Source: Euglena gracilis (lineage: Eukaryota). Taken from it: a stretch of 64,000 nucleotides of DNA. Below the pieces are notes generated by a model. The model did no database searches, had not been told where the DNA came from, and was given only the letters and a program-made list of their open reading frames with translations. The position numbers and the translations under genes are program-made. Where the stretch lies: assembly GCA_039621445.1 (NCBI GenBank), contig CP154954.1:8434634-8498633 (forward strand). The letters run 5' to 3'. Shown in pieces: positions 25,317-38,206 of the stretch (position 1 is the first letter of the stretch; each line of letters begins with the position of its first letter).

Positions 25317-28193
25317 GACATGCGTCAAAAAAAAAAAGCTTCCTTTTGACCGGGCTGCAAAAACCTCCAAAATGGCCCGTTTAGGAGTCTTTTTTTCAAT
25401 TTTGGCGGATGGAACTCTCCAAAATGCAAAAAGTCGAAAAGCACCCAAATGTTTTCCAATGTTTCGCTAACCCCTCCATATTCCCCCCCCATTGCAGTTA
25501 GACACCCTGGCCAGAGCCCGAGGTGCCGTTTTGGGAGGGGTTGGTGCACCACAAATGACAACCTCCATTGAAGACATCACCCCCCGAAGAAGTCCTAAAA
25601 TGAGCAATTTTGATTTAAGCAAACCAAAACAAATGAATGAAACATCAGAAAGGGCACAAAATTTGAAATGAAACAGGGGCCACTTTCAAACATCCATACA
25701 AAGTTGACCAACTGTGGGGGTGACAAAAATCCATCCCACTTCCCACCTTATGATTGATTGTTACGATACAATGGCAGGATACGATACAGGGTACGATACG
25801 ATTCAAAAAACGCCTTGGTATACATCGCCGCCTCTCGCGGCCGCCCGTCTCTCGAATGCGAGCCCTATCTCCCGCTACAAAGCGAGTTGGAACCAAAATC
25901 ATACATCAGCATGTGCAGTTTAGGAATGCGCCCCACATATCTGACGGGCAGCCGATCTTCCGTACGGAGCCGATTTGAGCCTCCGGGAAGCAGGGGGACA
26001 TTCCCGTCCGGAAACTGATCGATTTGAGATACCCGAAAAATTTTTTATTCAAAGTTTTCCCAGTAGCGTTCACTGCTCGTCTGTGGATTCGGGGCCCCTC
26101 CCCCAAATCCTACTGACATTCGCGCCGCCGGGGCGGCACTTATAATAAGAGTACCGTGCAGAGTTACAGCGATATGTTTGCACCGCTGGACGGCTCATCG
26201 AACGAGCTTTCGAATGAGGGGTAACATGGCCTATCGGCCGGCTACGGGCGCTGAGATACGTCTTTGATCTTTTGCTTGTGTGAGTGAGCTTTTGCTATAA
26301 GCCTCCATAATTTATTCTAGAAAGACAACTTTTGGTTTCTATCTCATAGGCACTACTACATACAGTCAAAACCTCATGGTACGAGGTGCCAGAAAATTTG
26401 AAGCTTTTGTGGTGGTTTTGAGGCTATGCCAAAGTGACACTTATGCAAATCTGCATAAAACTAGCCTTTTTGGCTTGTTTTGGCCAATTCAGCCACTTTC
26501 AGCCACGTAATACGGCTTTTTGTGCCATTTTTTGAGGTCCTATGGACTTTTCACTTTATAATATGGATTTGTGGACCTTTGGTCCTTTTGGTCCTTGCAA
26601 TTTGTGCAAATTGCTCCTATGGACCCATGGACCACGTGGGTAATGGCCCATAGGCCTTGCACATCATAGGGTGTATTGGTCACATAGACCTAAGGCTAAC
26701 TGGTAAAGTCCACAAAAATGCATGTTTGAATGAAATTTCTTCATTTTCTTTTGGGGGGGGGCAACTATGTTGCAGACTTTCTCAAGGAATTCAACTTATT
26801 TCCCCATCGGGATTCACTTCTGCAATAAGAAAAAGGCCATTTTGTTCACAAAATGGCTGTTCTTCACAAAGCTGTGCAAGTTCATGGGAAAAATGCAGTA
26901 TTTGCAATGTATCCCAAAAACTTATCACACACCTTGTGTTTTTGCAAATATCTTTGAAGTGAGCGCAATTGTGCGCTTGAATGCTCAAAACACCTTTGGT
27001 GTTTGCCAATTTGACCAACAACTTCGTGGTCAAAGAAGGGTGGATGGCTACTTTTGTTGCTTAAGTAAACCAAATCTGCATTTTGAGCATGTGGTTTGCA
27101 AAGAAGCAACAAAAATGCCATTGTGAAATATGTACACAAACATCTTTGGGACTTATTCCCAAAAGAGTATGGTTGGGTTGGGCAGATACCCATTTGTAAG
27201 ACATACGCAATTGTGCGAGATTTGCGCTATGCACGGGTGAGGTGTGGGGGGGGAGCGCATCTTGTTTGCGGGCTGCGCAATATGCGCAGGTGGGGAGGTG
27301 TGCGCTATGCGCGGTGTGCAAAACAATATGCACGCGATGAGCGCTATGTGTGGGGAGCGCAATATGCGCGGGGGTGTGAGCGGCATATGCGTGGTGGTTG
27401 GGGGCGCCATATAGCGCGGTGGGGGGCATTGCATTATGCGCAGGATTTGCGCTATGCGCGAGGGTGGATGGCGCCATAGGCGCAACGTATGTGCTATACG
27501 CACTTTGCGCAACATGCGCAGGGAGGCGCCAAAGGCGCGGGGAGTGGTGGGTGCCATAGGCGCTTGAGTGGCGGGGGCGCCATAGGCGCGGGGGTGGTGG
27601 TTAGTTTGGTTTTACTTATTTCCTTTTGTGTTTGGTTGTTGGTTGTGTGGAATTTTCTCCTAGAGTGCCCGACCTTGGGGGGAGGTGCTGAGTAGTTGTC
27701 CTTGTCGCGCATGTTGGTCTGGGGGGGGGTGGAGTGTGTAAGAAAAATTGGATGCGAACTTGAGCTGCGGGGGGTGTACAGGATTGTCTGCAATCGACAA
27801 ACCTGGTGGAAAACGAAAAATGAAAGCAGCTGGGGGACTACTCGACACCGTTTAAACTTAAGGCCTTAGGGCTTTCGTCTTGGAACCCAGTGGAACGATC
27901 GGGGGTTAAGCTACTTGTTACCCCTACCGCATGTGGAACGTTTGTGGATATGCGGTGGGTAGGGGGGGCACTTTCTCTTTACCCATGGGTTGAAAACGGT
28001 GTTGGTGTTGTAGAAAAACGGTATTGCTGTCATCGAAAACGGTATGTAAAAGTGATGATTAGTGGGAGTTTTGGGGGGGGGGAAGAAGTTTGCGGAGCTG
28101 TGTGCATTCCTGGAGCGTAAATCCATTCAACCACAAGTGACACACATGGGGTATCCCCTAGTGCATCAACAACCGGTAACACAAACACTATCT

Positions 28194-31100
28194 CTATGTC
28201 AAAAATGTGGCAGAATTTTGAGCGGGGACACCGGAAAATCCTGGAACGATGACCAGAAAGGATACTGGGCAGGGGATGACTAGGGTCATGACTCCTGTCA
28301 CCTCCTTTCTAGTAGCCCCTGTAGTCCACATCCCTGGGTTTCGGGTGTCTTTACTCAAAATCCGAACCAGTGGCCATATCAGCCATTGAATTTCTTGACG
28401 CATATACGTCTCTGAATTTATGAGCGCTAAAGTAGGGATGATCCCTTTGATTACGTGGGGTATCATCCCCCTCCCTGCCCTGCCCGAAGCCGGGTGATAA
28501 TCCTCGATAGAGGTTGTTCTTTGACCTACCTTATGCCTTTTGGCTGAAGTATGATCTTTTGAACTGCGAGTCATATCGCGATGGCTATGGCTTGGGTGGG
28601 GAGGAGTCGCATAGCGACATTTGGGTGAGGGGTGTTTGGTGGATCGTGATCGATATTTTGAATTTTGCGAATGCGCATTTTGTGAAAAACGAGAACTGCA
28701 TGATGAGGCTGATCCTCTTGGACTTGTGTTGCGCTTTCGCTCTGCGGGATGTGGACAATGGCAAGATATATGACCCTTTTTGTTAGACAAAAAGCACAAT
28801 TTGTCCGAAAATTCTTCTGAAGAGCGCGAATTGCGTAATTTGGATTCCGCTATAGCGGTATGTGATAAGCCGACTGGATTTGTCCCAGAAGCTGTGATAG
28901 CTTCAGCTGTTTGGAAACATATTTCCATCGCTCATCGAGCGTCAAAATATGTCCTGCGAGTTCCTCTCGGTGAATTTCTTTTATGAGTTTGGGTATAAAG
29001 TGCAGTAATACTGCGTCAAATTGCTCTTTCATTTGGGTTTCGCCTAACTCGTCTACTTCGGCTGCCAATGCGAGCCATTTTGAGTACCATAGGTCTATCG
29101 ACCTCCATTTTCGGTCATGGGGGGCATATTGCCGCCATTTTTTCTCCAGAGTGATTCTGGAAACCAAACTTGAACATGAAGAAGCATATTGCTCAACCAA
29201 ATCCTGAAAAGTAATGCGCCCGCGAATGACCAATTGTCTGGCGCGTTGCTTTTCGTCTTTTGGTAGACAATCCATGAATTCCATTTTGATCACCTCCGGG
29301 TTTCCGTTGTGGGTTGATCCTTTCAGATCCCAATAATATTCCCAATCACGGAAAAACTGTTTCCATGTTGTTGGGTCACCGTCCCATTGGGGCTTTACCT
29401 TTTTCGCGATAGCGATGATTCCTTTTATATCTTTCTGAGACTCCCATGGCCCTTCGGTGGTATTCAAGGAGGTTGGGCCTGGGCGCAAAACCGCACCATG
29501 CGCGGGTACCTCGGTGGTTGCACCAAGTGTACTTTTGGGTGTATTTTGCGAATGCGCATTCAATATTCCACTTGGTGTACCATAGGTACCTTGCAAACTT
29601 GGTGAATCGGGAATGCGCGAATGGTGATGCTGATGCACCTCAGGATCAATACCATGTGCGGGAGTGCTGCTCATACCGCGACGAAGTTCATATTCCCACA
29701 TTTTTCGATTTCTTTGAGGGTTTCGCTTGGCTTTCTCTTGAAAAACAAACCCCATCATCGAAAAAATGGTCCATTGGGACTGGTAACGCTTGGCGAGGGA
29801 CCACTACATGAGCAGAATCGTAATTTTGTGGCAATGTGCCAATGGGTTCTACCACAGGTGCGTTATTAGCGCTTTTGAAGCTGGTATCTGCGGCAAGTGT
29901 GCCTACAACACCCATATCGGGTTTTTGTTGTAAAAAACGCAATTGCGCGTGTACTTGATCCAAATTTTCTTCAAAGTCACGAAAATTTATCTCCAAATCA
30001 TCGAGAATTTTCAGGTGATCGGTGATTGCACCAATATCTTCCTGCAAACGCTTAATACGCCTGCGGTGTTTGGACATATCATCCAGAAGAGGGATTTTGT
30101 CAGAAAAAGACCGGAAATCTTGCGAAATTTTTCCAAAACCACTTTCCAATTCCCGTAGTCGCACAGCTAGAGTGTGCACGGCTTCGTAAATAGACTCCAG
30201 TTGTGGAGATGGTTTGGAAGGAGGGGTATTTTGTGGATTCCGCACGTTTTCAGCCATTGGCTGTTCCAAAAACACCGAAACTTGCGCGGATAGCGCTGAG
30301 AAATCTTTTTGCAAGTTTTTGACTTGCTGATTCACTGTTTCCTCGGTCCGTATCGGACTGTCACAAAATTTTTTCCTGGCTTGGTGATTTTCATCACGCA
30401 TATCTGCAGAAAATGGCTGAAATTCTGAATTATGTGAACATGGTACCGCAATGCAGTTCTGCAACTTCGCAATTGCGGTTTGGATGTCAACAATATTATT
30501 CTGCCACCGTTGGTGGTAAGCATCCTGCCTGCTTGCGATATTCGCGATATGGGCGTAAAAACTTGTTATTTCAGCAGAATTTTCACCACACCTGCATGAG
30601 TTTCGCTCCAACCGGGAACGTCTTTCCTCCAATTGCTGCACATAAGTGCTGGAAGCGAAACCTTCACCAGGTTGGGTGTGCATATGGTGAAAATTTGCCG
30701 ATTCACGGCTCAGTTGCATAATGCGCTGTTGCGCTTCCTGGAATGCAGTGATTTGCTCCAAGGCAACAAAAGCTCCCATATCAGGATTTTTGGGCTCAAA
30801 ATGTGCCGTTATTGGCTCCACTTTTGTAAACAATTTTTGCAAACTGTGTGGGGTGTGTAAAAATGCTGCATCATTGCTGGATTGCATCTCACACAAATTT
30901 TCGCTCATTCTCTGAGAGTTCTGTGCGGGTGTGTCCGCCTTTGGAGCACATGCCAGCATGCGGTGAACCACATCAGTGGGGTGTTTGTCAATTGTGCCTG
31001 TAGGCACCGTTGCGACATCTTGATGCAGAGAATTACAACAAGATGCCTGACTTTGCAGCAAAGGCTGATAATCACACTGGGCGATGGGTTGCTCCAAAGA

Positions 31101-31715
31101 GCCACACGCCGATAGGCGTTGCACCCATTGCGCAGCAGGGTTATCGCCTAAATCAAACACCGTTAGGTGTGGAAACTCCTGGGTGGGGAAATGCTCGATG
31201 GAGCTTGATACCGTTAGGTGTTGCACCTTTTGGGTGTTGGAATGCTCGATAGAGCTGGGAACGGTGGGGGAATGCTCTATAGAGCTGGGGGTTGGAGCTA
31301 ATTGCTCGATAGATCTGGCCACTGTGGGGGGATGCTCGATAGAGCTGGACACCGTTAGGTGTGGCACCCATTGGGTGGGGGGTTGCTCAATAGAGCTGTG
31401 GGGGGAATGCTCGATAGAGCTGGAGAACGGGGTGGGGGAATGCTCGGTAGAGCTGAAAATTATGGTAAGGTGATGCTCAATGGAGCTGAAAACTTGGGTG
31501 GGGGGATGCTCAATAGAGCTCGGAACCAATGGGGTGGGGGGATGCCCAATAGAGCTGAGAGTTGCCCCATATAGGGCCACACACCTGGGTTGGAGCATAT
31601 ACTCCTGCGACCAATCTTCATCAAACTTTCTCAAAGCACTAATCAAAGCTTTTGATGTGTTGGTGCTTGAGCTCTGCATATTTTTATTTGCAGAAACAAG
31701 CACAAGAAAGCCCAA
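28194..31715 (-). pseudogene. gag: gag of element B (three frameshifted segments)
   Basis: ORFs 29688-31715 (SSIEH repeats, coiled coil), 28850-29758 (PQWDGDPTTWKQFFRDW capsid-like) and 28194-28928 (degenerate knuckle CFLSNKKGHISCHC); lies just downstream of the PBS. Confidence 0.78.
31190..31560 (-). repeat. Coding repeat: ~11 copies of AGCTCTATCGAGCA (SSIEH peptide)
   Basis: Variable spacing, reading frame preserved throughout the ORF. Confidence 0.9.
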
Positions 31716-31910
31716 AAAGTAAGCAAATGAACAAACTCAGAAGGATGTGGCAGGGTATACTGCCCAGAGCCTCCTGAAGCTCGTGCCTGTGCTTAGAAGT
31801 TGGCTCCAAACAGCTCGTGGATGCTTTGTGGCCTATAGGCTCAGCACCACTCACTGTTTGAAGTCACCTGTTAAGATGGGGGGAAGAAGGGGCGTAGGAA
31901 AGAAACCTAA

Positions 31911-31920
31911 TCTGCTACCA
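31911..31920 (-). promoter_or_regulatory. Primer-binding site (tRNA-iMet type)
   Basis: TGGTAGCAGA two bases after the 5' LTR end; complementary to the ...UCUGCUACCA 3' end of initiator tRNA-Met. Confidence 0.8.
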
Positions 31921-31922
31921 AG

Positions 31923-32338
31923 TGTACGTCCCCTGACTCTATTCCCACTGCCTGTCGGCCTACTTACACCCTCCCGTGGGAACAGAACCAGGAGAGTAAC
32001 AAAAAAGAAAATCTTTCACTTAACTATTAGTTTTTATTACCTTTGGGCTTATGGAGAGCACAAGGCAAAGAGAGGGATTTGTTTGGAAACTCGTTCCTCC
32101 AATGTTCTCCTATCGGAGTGTTGAACTTGAAATCTTGGTTTGCCCTTTTGGGCTAATGAAATGTGAAACAGAATAACAATACCCCCTGTGAAAAGAGAAG
32201 GCAGATCCGAGATAGGATAGGCTACTCCAAATTCTGCAACTTGTATTGCAGAATTTGGAATAGTACTATCTAGCATGACATTGTACATTCTGCAGTCTGC
32301 TGCTATGCACAGTGCAATGTCCATGCTGCCTGGTACCA
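31923..32338 (-). repeat. 5' LTR of element B
   Basis: Partner of 16313-16724. Confidence 0.88.
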
Positions 32339-32918
32339 CCCCCCCCCCCATAAGATCACAGAAGTACACAAGATCACCAGAAGAGGCACACTGTCTGACA
32401 TTTCCAGGCTGGCCATCCTTCGCAGAGGAGTCTCCATGCCCAGAATCACCAAAATTACGCTTCAGCTGCCTTGCTCGCCATCTCCTCCTTGAACCACTTG
32501 TGCGTCTGACCTTGTCATCCAACTCAGCAGTCGAATAACAGTGATCTGGCTTGATAAACTCCTCCTTCATCTGGACCTCCGGTCCCATCAGAACTGCCAA
32601 GAAACTTCTGCAGCCATCTTCTTCAAATGGTCGAGACTCCGGCGGATAAAAATACCATCTGTGACCTCTGGACCACACAGCTGACCAAAGACTTGATTGT
32701 GGCTTGTCTTCGACCAGCAGGATGACAACGTGATCTTCAAATCTTTGACATACTTCTGCAGGGAAAGCATGACTTCCTTCCATCTCTTCTTCCCCAAAGA
32801 CATGAATCTCAGCACTCACATCTGGTGGAAGTTTCAGTCTCAGATAGATGTCATTCAGCATCTTCAATCTCACATTGCAATCTCTGTTGGCTTGCACACA
32901 CTTGGGCACAGGGGGCAC
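32339..32918 (-). CDS. Sole ORF of element A; unknown, possibly a degenerate Dam-like methyltransferase remnant
   Basis: Open ~190 aa until interrupted by LTR B; VILLVED..W..WYFYPPESRPFEEDG..LAVLM resembles AICICPDW..W..IYFPKGTKLFEADG..WALLV at bases 2-165. No NPPF motif. Confidence 0.4.
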
Positions 32919-32983
32919 CTTCAGAGTGTCCTTCTTCTCGGGCTCAGACTGTCGATACCGGGCGCAACCTTATGCACTGTTTA

Positions 32984-33248
32984 TGTGTTTTACCCCTGGT
33001 GCCCTTTGCATGCTTCCAGCAGTTTCCAACTTGCAACTTTTCTTGACTTCACCAGCTGCAGGCAAAACTTCACAATCAGAGTGCACTTCCAGATAAGTCC
33101 AAAGACATCCAGGTAAGCCCAGGTAAACAGTGCACGTTTGTTGCCAGCTACACAGAAACAGAAGAAATGAACTGAAATTAGGATTCACCTTTTTGAAATA
33201 GGGAATGCCACTAGTAGTAATTACAATTGCCAGGACCAGTGACTCACA
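32984..33248 (-). repeat. 5' LTR of element A
   Basis: Partner of 15419-15673. Confidence 0.92.
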
Positions 33249-35000
33249 ACGATGACCTTCGAAACGATCTGGTCCAGCTGCACGGCCATCACCACGGCTT
33301 GTGTCTGGACGTTCACCTTCTGCACTTCGGTCTCCACCACCCAGATCTTATAACCAAGGCTGTCCGCGGCGAGCCGTTGCACGGCCACGGTCAGCCCTTG
33401 GGCTTGTGCTCCCACCTTCTGGATCTCCGTCTCCACCTTCTGGATCCTCCCCACGATCAACGGCGGCAGCTCAGCGACCTTTGGCTCCTTGGCCGCGGCT
33501 GCCTCCACCTTGGTGGTGAGGGAGGACTCCTGCGCCACCAGGAACTTGACCTGCTCCTTCAGCCAGGCGTTCTCGGCCTGCTGATACTGCAGCTGCTCCA
33601 CCAGGCGCGGCGCCACCTCCACCGCCTCGCGCTGCGCCACCGCCGTCGCCTCCACCCTGGCAGTTAAGGCGGCCATCTGCACCTCGACGGTGTTGAGCTT
33701 CCCCTGCAGCTGTACGTTCTCGGCCCGCTGCCGCTCCTTCTCTTGCAGCAGCTCCTGCACCGCGGCCCTGAGATGCGCCACCTCCACCAGCTCGGTGAGT
33801 CCACCCGTCGGTACGCCGCTCTTCACCGCCATCACCGCGGCCGCGGAGTTGTCTTCCGCCTCCTTCACCTTCGCCCGGATCCTTCGGAAATCTTCACCGA
33901 AGTCTCCGAGCGCGACGTGGGTGTACTTCTCCATTCTTGTCATCCGCTCCTCCGCCGTGGCCACCATGGGCAGGAGCTTGTGGAGTTGTGATATTCCTTT
34001 ATGTAGTCTGACGATGTCGTCCTTCACCTTCACCACGTTCTCCATCAGGTCCACGTGGGCCACTTCTTGGGACGCCATCCTTTTCTTCAGCTCTTGCACC
34101 GCCACTCCCTGCTCGTCCACCTTGTCCTTCATGGCAGCGGCCGCACGGCCGCCCAGCTGTCCCACATCTCCTTCGCCTTTGAGCCGATGAAGTCGACGGT
34201 GTTGCAGAGGCGGTCCATCCGCGTCTGCAACGCAGCGTATGCTGCCTCCCACTCGGGGAGGCCCTGCATGACCTCGTCCGGCTTTTCCTCGGTGTCGTAC
34301 ATCTCGCTCTGGTCCCGCCCGCCAGCCACTCCTCGTCGTCATCACGAGGACCTTCTCCCCGGCGTTGTTGTTCACTTTCACCTTCTCCTTCATCCTCTTC
34401 AGTTCCTTCGTCATCGGAGAGGCCCAGCCGCGGCACCTTGTGCGGCCGGACCGAGGATGGAGGGGTGCGGAAGTGCGGGTGCACCGCGGTGGTGCTCGGG
34501 TGTTCGCTGGGTGACCGGTAGGGAGGCGGCACTCCCACCGGTGCGGCGATGGCTTGGCTGGACGACGACGCCATCTGCGACGGCGAGGGCCCTGCCACGG
34601 GCACCGGTGGCAGAGCAGACTGCAGGGACGGATGCACAGATGGGATCAGGCCAGCCACGGGGACGGGGATCCCGTCTCGGCCCTCGGACTCGCCGGGGCC
34701 GACCTCGTGGGCAGGGTGATAAATGATGGCCCGCATGCCCTCATCAGGGCTCATCGGTGGCTCGGGGCTGGGCACGGGCACCGGCAGGCCTGCGAAGGCC
34801 CCCTCACTCTGCAGCTCCTGGACGTCCCACAGGTGGGGCACCTCGGACGGGAACGGGAACGGGAAGGGCAGGGAAGGGATCAGCTGGGGGAAGGGTGGGA
34901 TCCCGGGGAAAAGCAGAGAGGGTGGGGCCCCGGGTGGTAGTCAGGTGGTCGGGTCCCAGCTCTGGGGCTGGGCTGATTTCGGGAACAGGAGGGGGACTTG
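33249..35000 (-). pseudogene. gag: Gypsy gag, 5' half (DNMT element)
   Basis: Coiled-coil ORF 33221-34414 joins in frame to 15418 after removal of element A; N-terminal architecture parallels the gag at 6.4-8.9 kb. Confidence 0.82.
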
Positions 35001-36129
35001 GGACGAGTCTCGAGGGCTATCGACTAGGGACTCGGATTGGAGGGGGATTGAATGGGAGTTGGGGTGGGGCTGGGAGCGCGGGAAACGGGGATTGTGGGGA
35101 TGGGAGTGGGGATGGGGCAGTGGATCGGGGGTATCTTTTCGGGTAGTTTTCTTGCGCTTCCCGAGGGCTATCGGAAAGACTTCCTTTGGGGACTACCACT
35201 TCAGAGTCCGCCGCAAGGTTTGGCATCCTGTCTGTATCCCGGTGGGCCGTAGCCTCTTCGTGTGTGGAAAATTCTGCGGAGTTGTGCAGCTTGGCATTCC
35301 AAAAAGAAGGCACTCGAGAAAATGTCCTTCAATGGAAAACGTAGAACGAACAAGCCTCTGCTTCCAGTTTTCCCCTCTTGCCGGGTCGGTGACCGTGCGC
35401 GGAATGGGCTCCCCGACAGGCCGAGTGGGGGAAAACAGTTACCCGGCGCTCAGGTAAAAATAGGTACACGCGCCCCAAAAAATTCCCTTTTTTGTGTGTC
35501 TTTCGGTCCCTGAATTCAGCCAGAACCTGGGTTCCGGCAGCCAAATAATTCAAAAAGTTCGGGGGGGGAGGGGCGGTGTTTTTGGCCAACTCCTTTGGGC
35601 TGCCTCTGAAGCAGTAGGGGGGGGGGGCGGAGGAAAAGCCTGGGTTTAATTTAAAAAAGAGTAGCGGGGGGGACGGAAGAACACCTTCACCTTGATTCCC
35701 AGCGCCGTTTGCTCTTCCTTTTATGACTTTGAATTTTTGTCTTTTGATTGACCTTCCGGACTGACTTTTTGAACTCCTTGGACAATTGTTTCCTTGAACT
35801 CAGATTCATTTTTTGGACTCCCTTCCGTCATGCAAAATTCTTTGAATGAAACATTCGGAAGAGAGAACCTGGGGGGGGGGAGTACACAGGTAAAAAAGTA
35901 GCGGAATGGGGGAGAATATTCGCTAATTCTAGTGCGCAGGCGCCAGGCCGCCTCCCGCCGCCCACACACTTAGCCTTGGTCTTATCCTTGTACCTACAAA
36001 GTTGTACAGAAACTTGAAACTTGAAAACGTGTACTTGATAATCCCAGCTTGTAACTAGAACCCCACCAGGGGACATGTCAGCAATGTGACATGTCGAAAA
36101 AAACAAGCAGAAAGGCTTTTTTTCCCCCG

Positions 36130-38150
36130 TCGACCATGACCGGTGTACCGGGGTTTCTCGCCCGTGGAGCTACACTCAGCCAGGGGGCATTAGCCCTAGG
36201 GTTCGAGCCACTCGAAGACCTCCATCCCTTGCCTCAGCTCCTGATGCTTGGCGATGGCGTGCTTGATAGGGGTTGCTTGTCCTTAGTGTCACTGCTCGGC
36301 CGAAGCCGCAATGGTTTAATCGTGACACGTCAGGTAGGCAACAGCTGGTGAACCGATGGTTCACCGGCCCTCACCCATCAGGCACGCCATGGTCAAGCCT
36401 CTGGTTGCTGATTTCCACCTCGGCGCCATCGGAAATTCCCGCCGTACTGCGGCCATTCCGGACCCCGCCTGGCAGCGCAGTATGCCATGGCTGGTTCAAG
36501 TCCCGTGCACTCCCGACTCGGAGTTTAGCTTATCGGGACTCGGAGCAGAAAAGCTACAAAAATTACGAATAAGTTCACTCTTGCTATTTTGAGACCAGCC
36601 GTCCGTCCGTCCAGCCAGAATGCACCCTGTCCAGCCGTCCGTCCAGATGAAAGGACTTTCCTCTAGCCCTCCGTCTGACCGTCCATCCGTCCGCACGCCT
36701 CCAAGGTGGCCACCATTGGGGCTTTGTTCGTGGTGCCTTGGCAATATGGATCGCATGGCTTGAGAAGCTGACGCAGGCGGCATGCTTGCACCTCCCCATT
36801 ACTGGACGGAGTAAGGTTGATGAAGGCTTGTTTCACCACCGTCAGCAAGCTCCTCTGGAACTGTCCCCAAGCAAGCTGCTTCGCCAGCTCCCTGGCCAGG
36901 GCCATGCTCAGGCCCTGCCAGCAGTTTGCCTCTGTTGCTCGCCTCTCCCAAGAGTCGTGCTGCCCCATGAGTAGACGTACGCATTGGCCAACGAAGGGAA
37001 GGGCCGCATCACCCATGTCCCCGTATCAACCCAGACAAATGGAACGAACGTCCATCCCCTTCGTTGGCAGCCATCACCATACTTCTTGATTTTGTCCTCC
37101 TCTTGCGTCTCATGCCATCTACCAAGGTCCTCTGTCCCTGTTCGCGTTCGGGAGGGTGCTAAGGGGTGGCGGACCGTCACGTCGATTGCGGCTGGACATT
37201 GGAATCGTACACGAAGACATCCCCGGGTGGTCAACCATCAGGGGCAGCTTCCTTTCGTCTCGCTGGGAACCCAGCACTTTGAGCAAGCCCCAAGAGGTAG
37301 GATTGCACCGCCCCGTGTCGCCGAACAATGTTGTTTCAGTTGCAACAGACGACATGTTGGCCTCGCACATCCAGGGGATTGTGGCACCTGGCATCAGGGA
37401 CCACTGGACCAAGACTTGGAATTCCCTGGTCGGCATGAGGGTTCTTGCACTTGCTGAAGGCATCACTGACGCCCAAGCCATTGCAATGGGCTTCATTTGG
37501 CATGTCAGTTTGAGTTTGCCAGCTCAAGAGAGAGAATTGTGTAACCTTTGCGGCAGCTCCTTTGCTCACAACTGCCCCCAGAATTTCTGGGAGACGACTT
37601 CATGAGGTAACATCCCGCAACTTCGGGGGTCATCCATGAACGATTTGACCACCGGTGGCACCTCACATGACGCTTTTATGTCCTCCACCAGCTTCGAGAA
37701 GTCCGTAGGGAGTAGGTTTGTTCCAAAAAGCAGGGGGAAATCGAGAATGTGATCACCACAGGTTAAAAAATCGAAGGTTGCAGCCCAACTTGCGTGTGTG
37801 CGTTCAGTGCTGGGGTCTCTTTTTCACAGCCCACCAAGGCGGACTGGCAATGTGGCCTGGCTCCACCGGTCGTCTTCCAGGGACCGTCCGGCAATGGCAC
37901 TCACTGTGTTTTGTAGAGTCTTGCTGAGCAACCTGCACTGGGTGGACGCGAAGAGGATTAGTGTTGTCCGTAAGAGGTCGTTCACCTTGCACGCATCCAA
38001 GCACATTCGGAGCACCGTGAATTGGATGTGTGAAGACGGTGCCTTTTACAGAAGGGAGCACGCCTTCAATACTGCTTCACATCGTCCGAACCAAACTCCC
38101 CAGTCGCCCGACTCGGGCATGGTGCAGTGTGGAGACCAAGTTCACGGTGA
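36130..38150 (-). mobile_element. 5'-truncated CRE-clade (RLE) non-LTR retrotransposon
   Basis: LRMCLDACKVNDLLR, QATLPVRLGGL, AAIDVTVRHP..KIKKY..C..RGWTFVPF (RLE C-terminus); frameshifted; (GGAC)n in the 3' UTR. The 3' boundary is approximate. Confidence 0.82.
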
Positions 38151-38206
38151 TGGTTAGACAAAGCCTCGCCAACAAAATAACCAGCGTGAGAACCGAGCGA
38201 AATGCT

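Larger units (their letters stand above)
16313..32338 (-). mobile_element. Nested LTR element B (gag only; no pol recognised)
   Basis: Direct repeats 16313-16724 and 31923-~32338 with TGTAC...GTACA ends, PBS and PPT in minus orientation. TSD not identifiable. Confidence 0.85.
15419..33248 (-). mobile_element. Nested LTR element A (non-autonomous, ~1.8 kb once element B is removed)
   Basis: Direct repeats 15419-15673 and 32984-33248 with TGTG...CACA ends; TSD ACGA (15415-15418 / 33249-33252); PPT CCGAGGAGGGGAG next to the left (3') LTR. Removing it rejoins the gag frame (..IVSKVIV/SSQAKALL..). Confidence 0.9.

Noticed and set aside
31190-31560. CRISPR-like repeat-spacer pattern
   Set aside because: The 14-bp repeat is coding (SSIEH), the intervening sequences are related to each other, and the frame is preserved within gag.
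16305-32345. Target-site duplication for element B
   Set aside because: Flanks (CATCAG vs a C-run) do not match; the right end appears altered.
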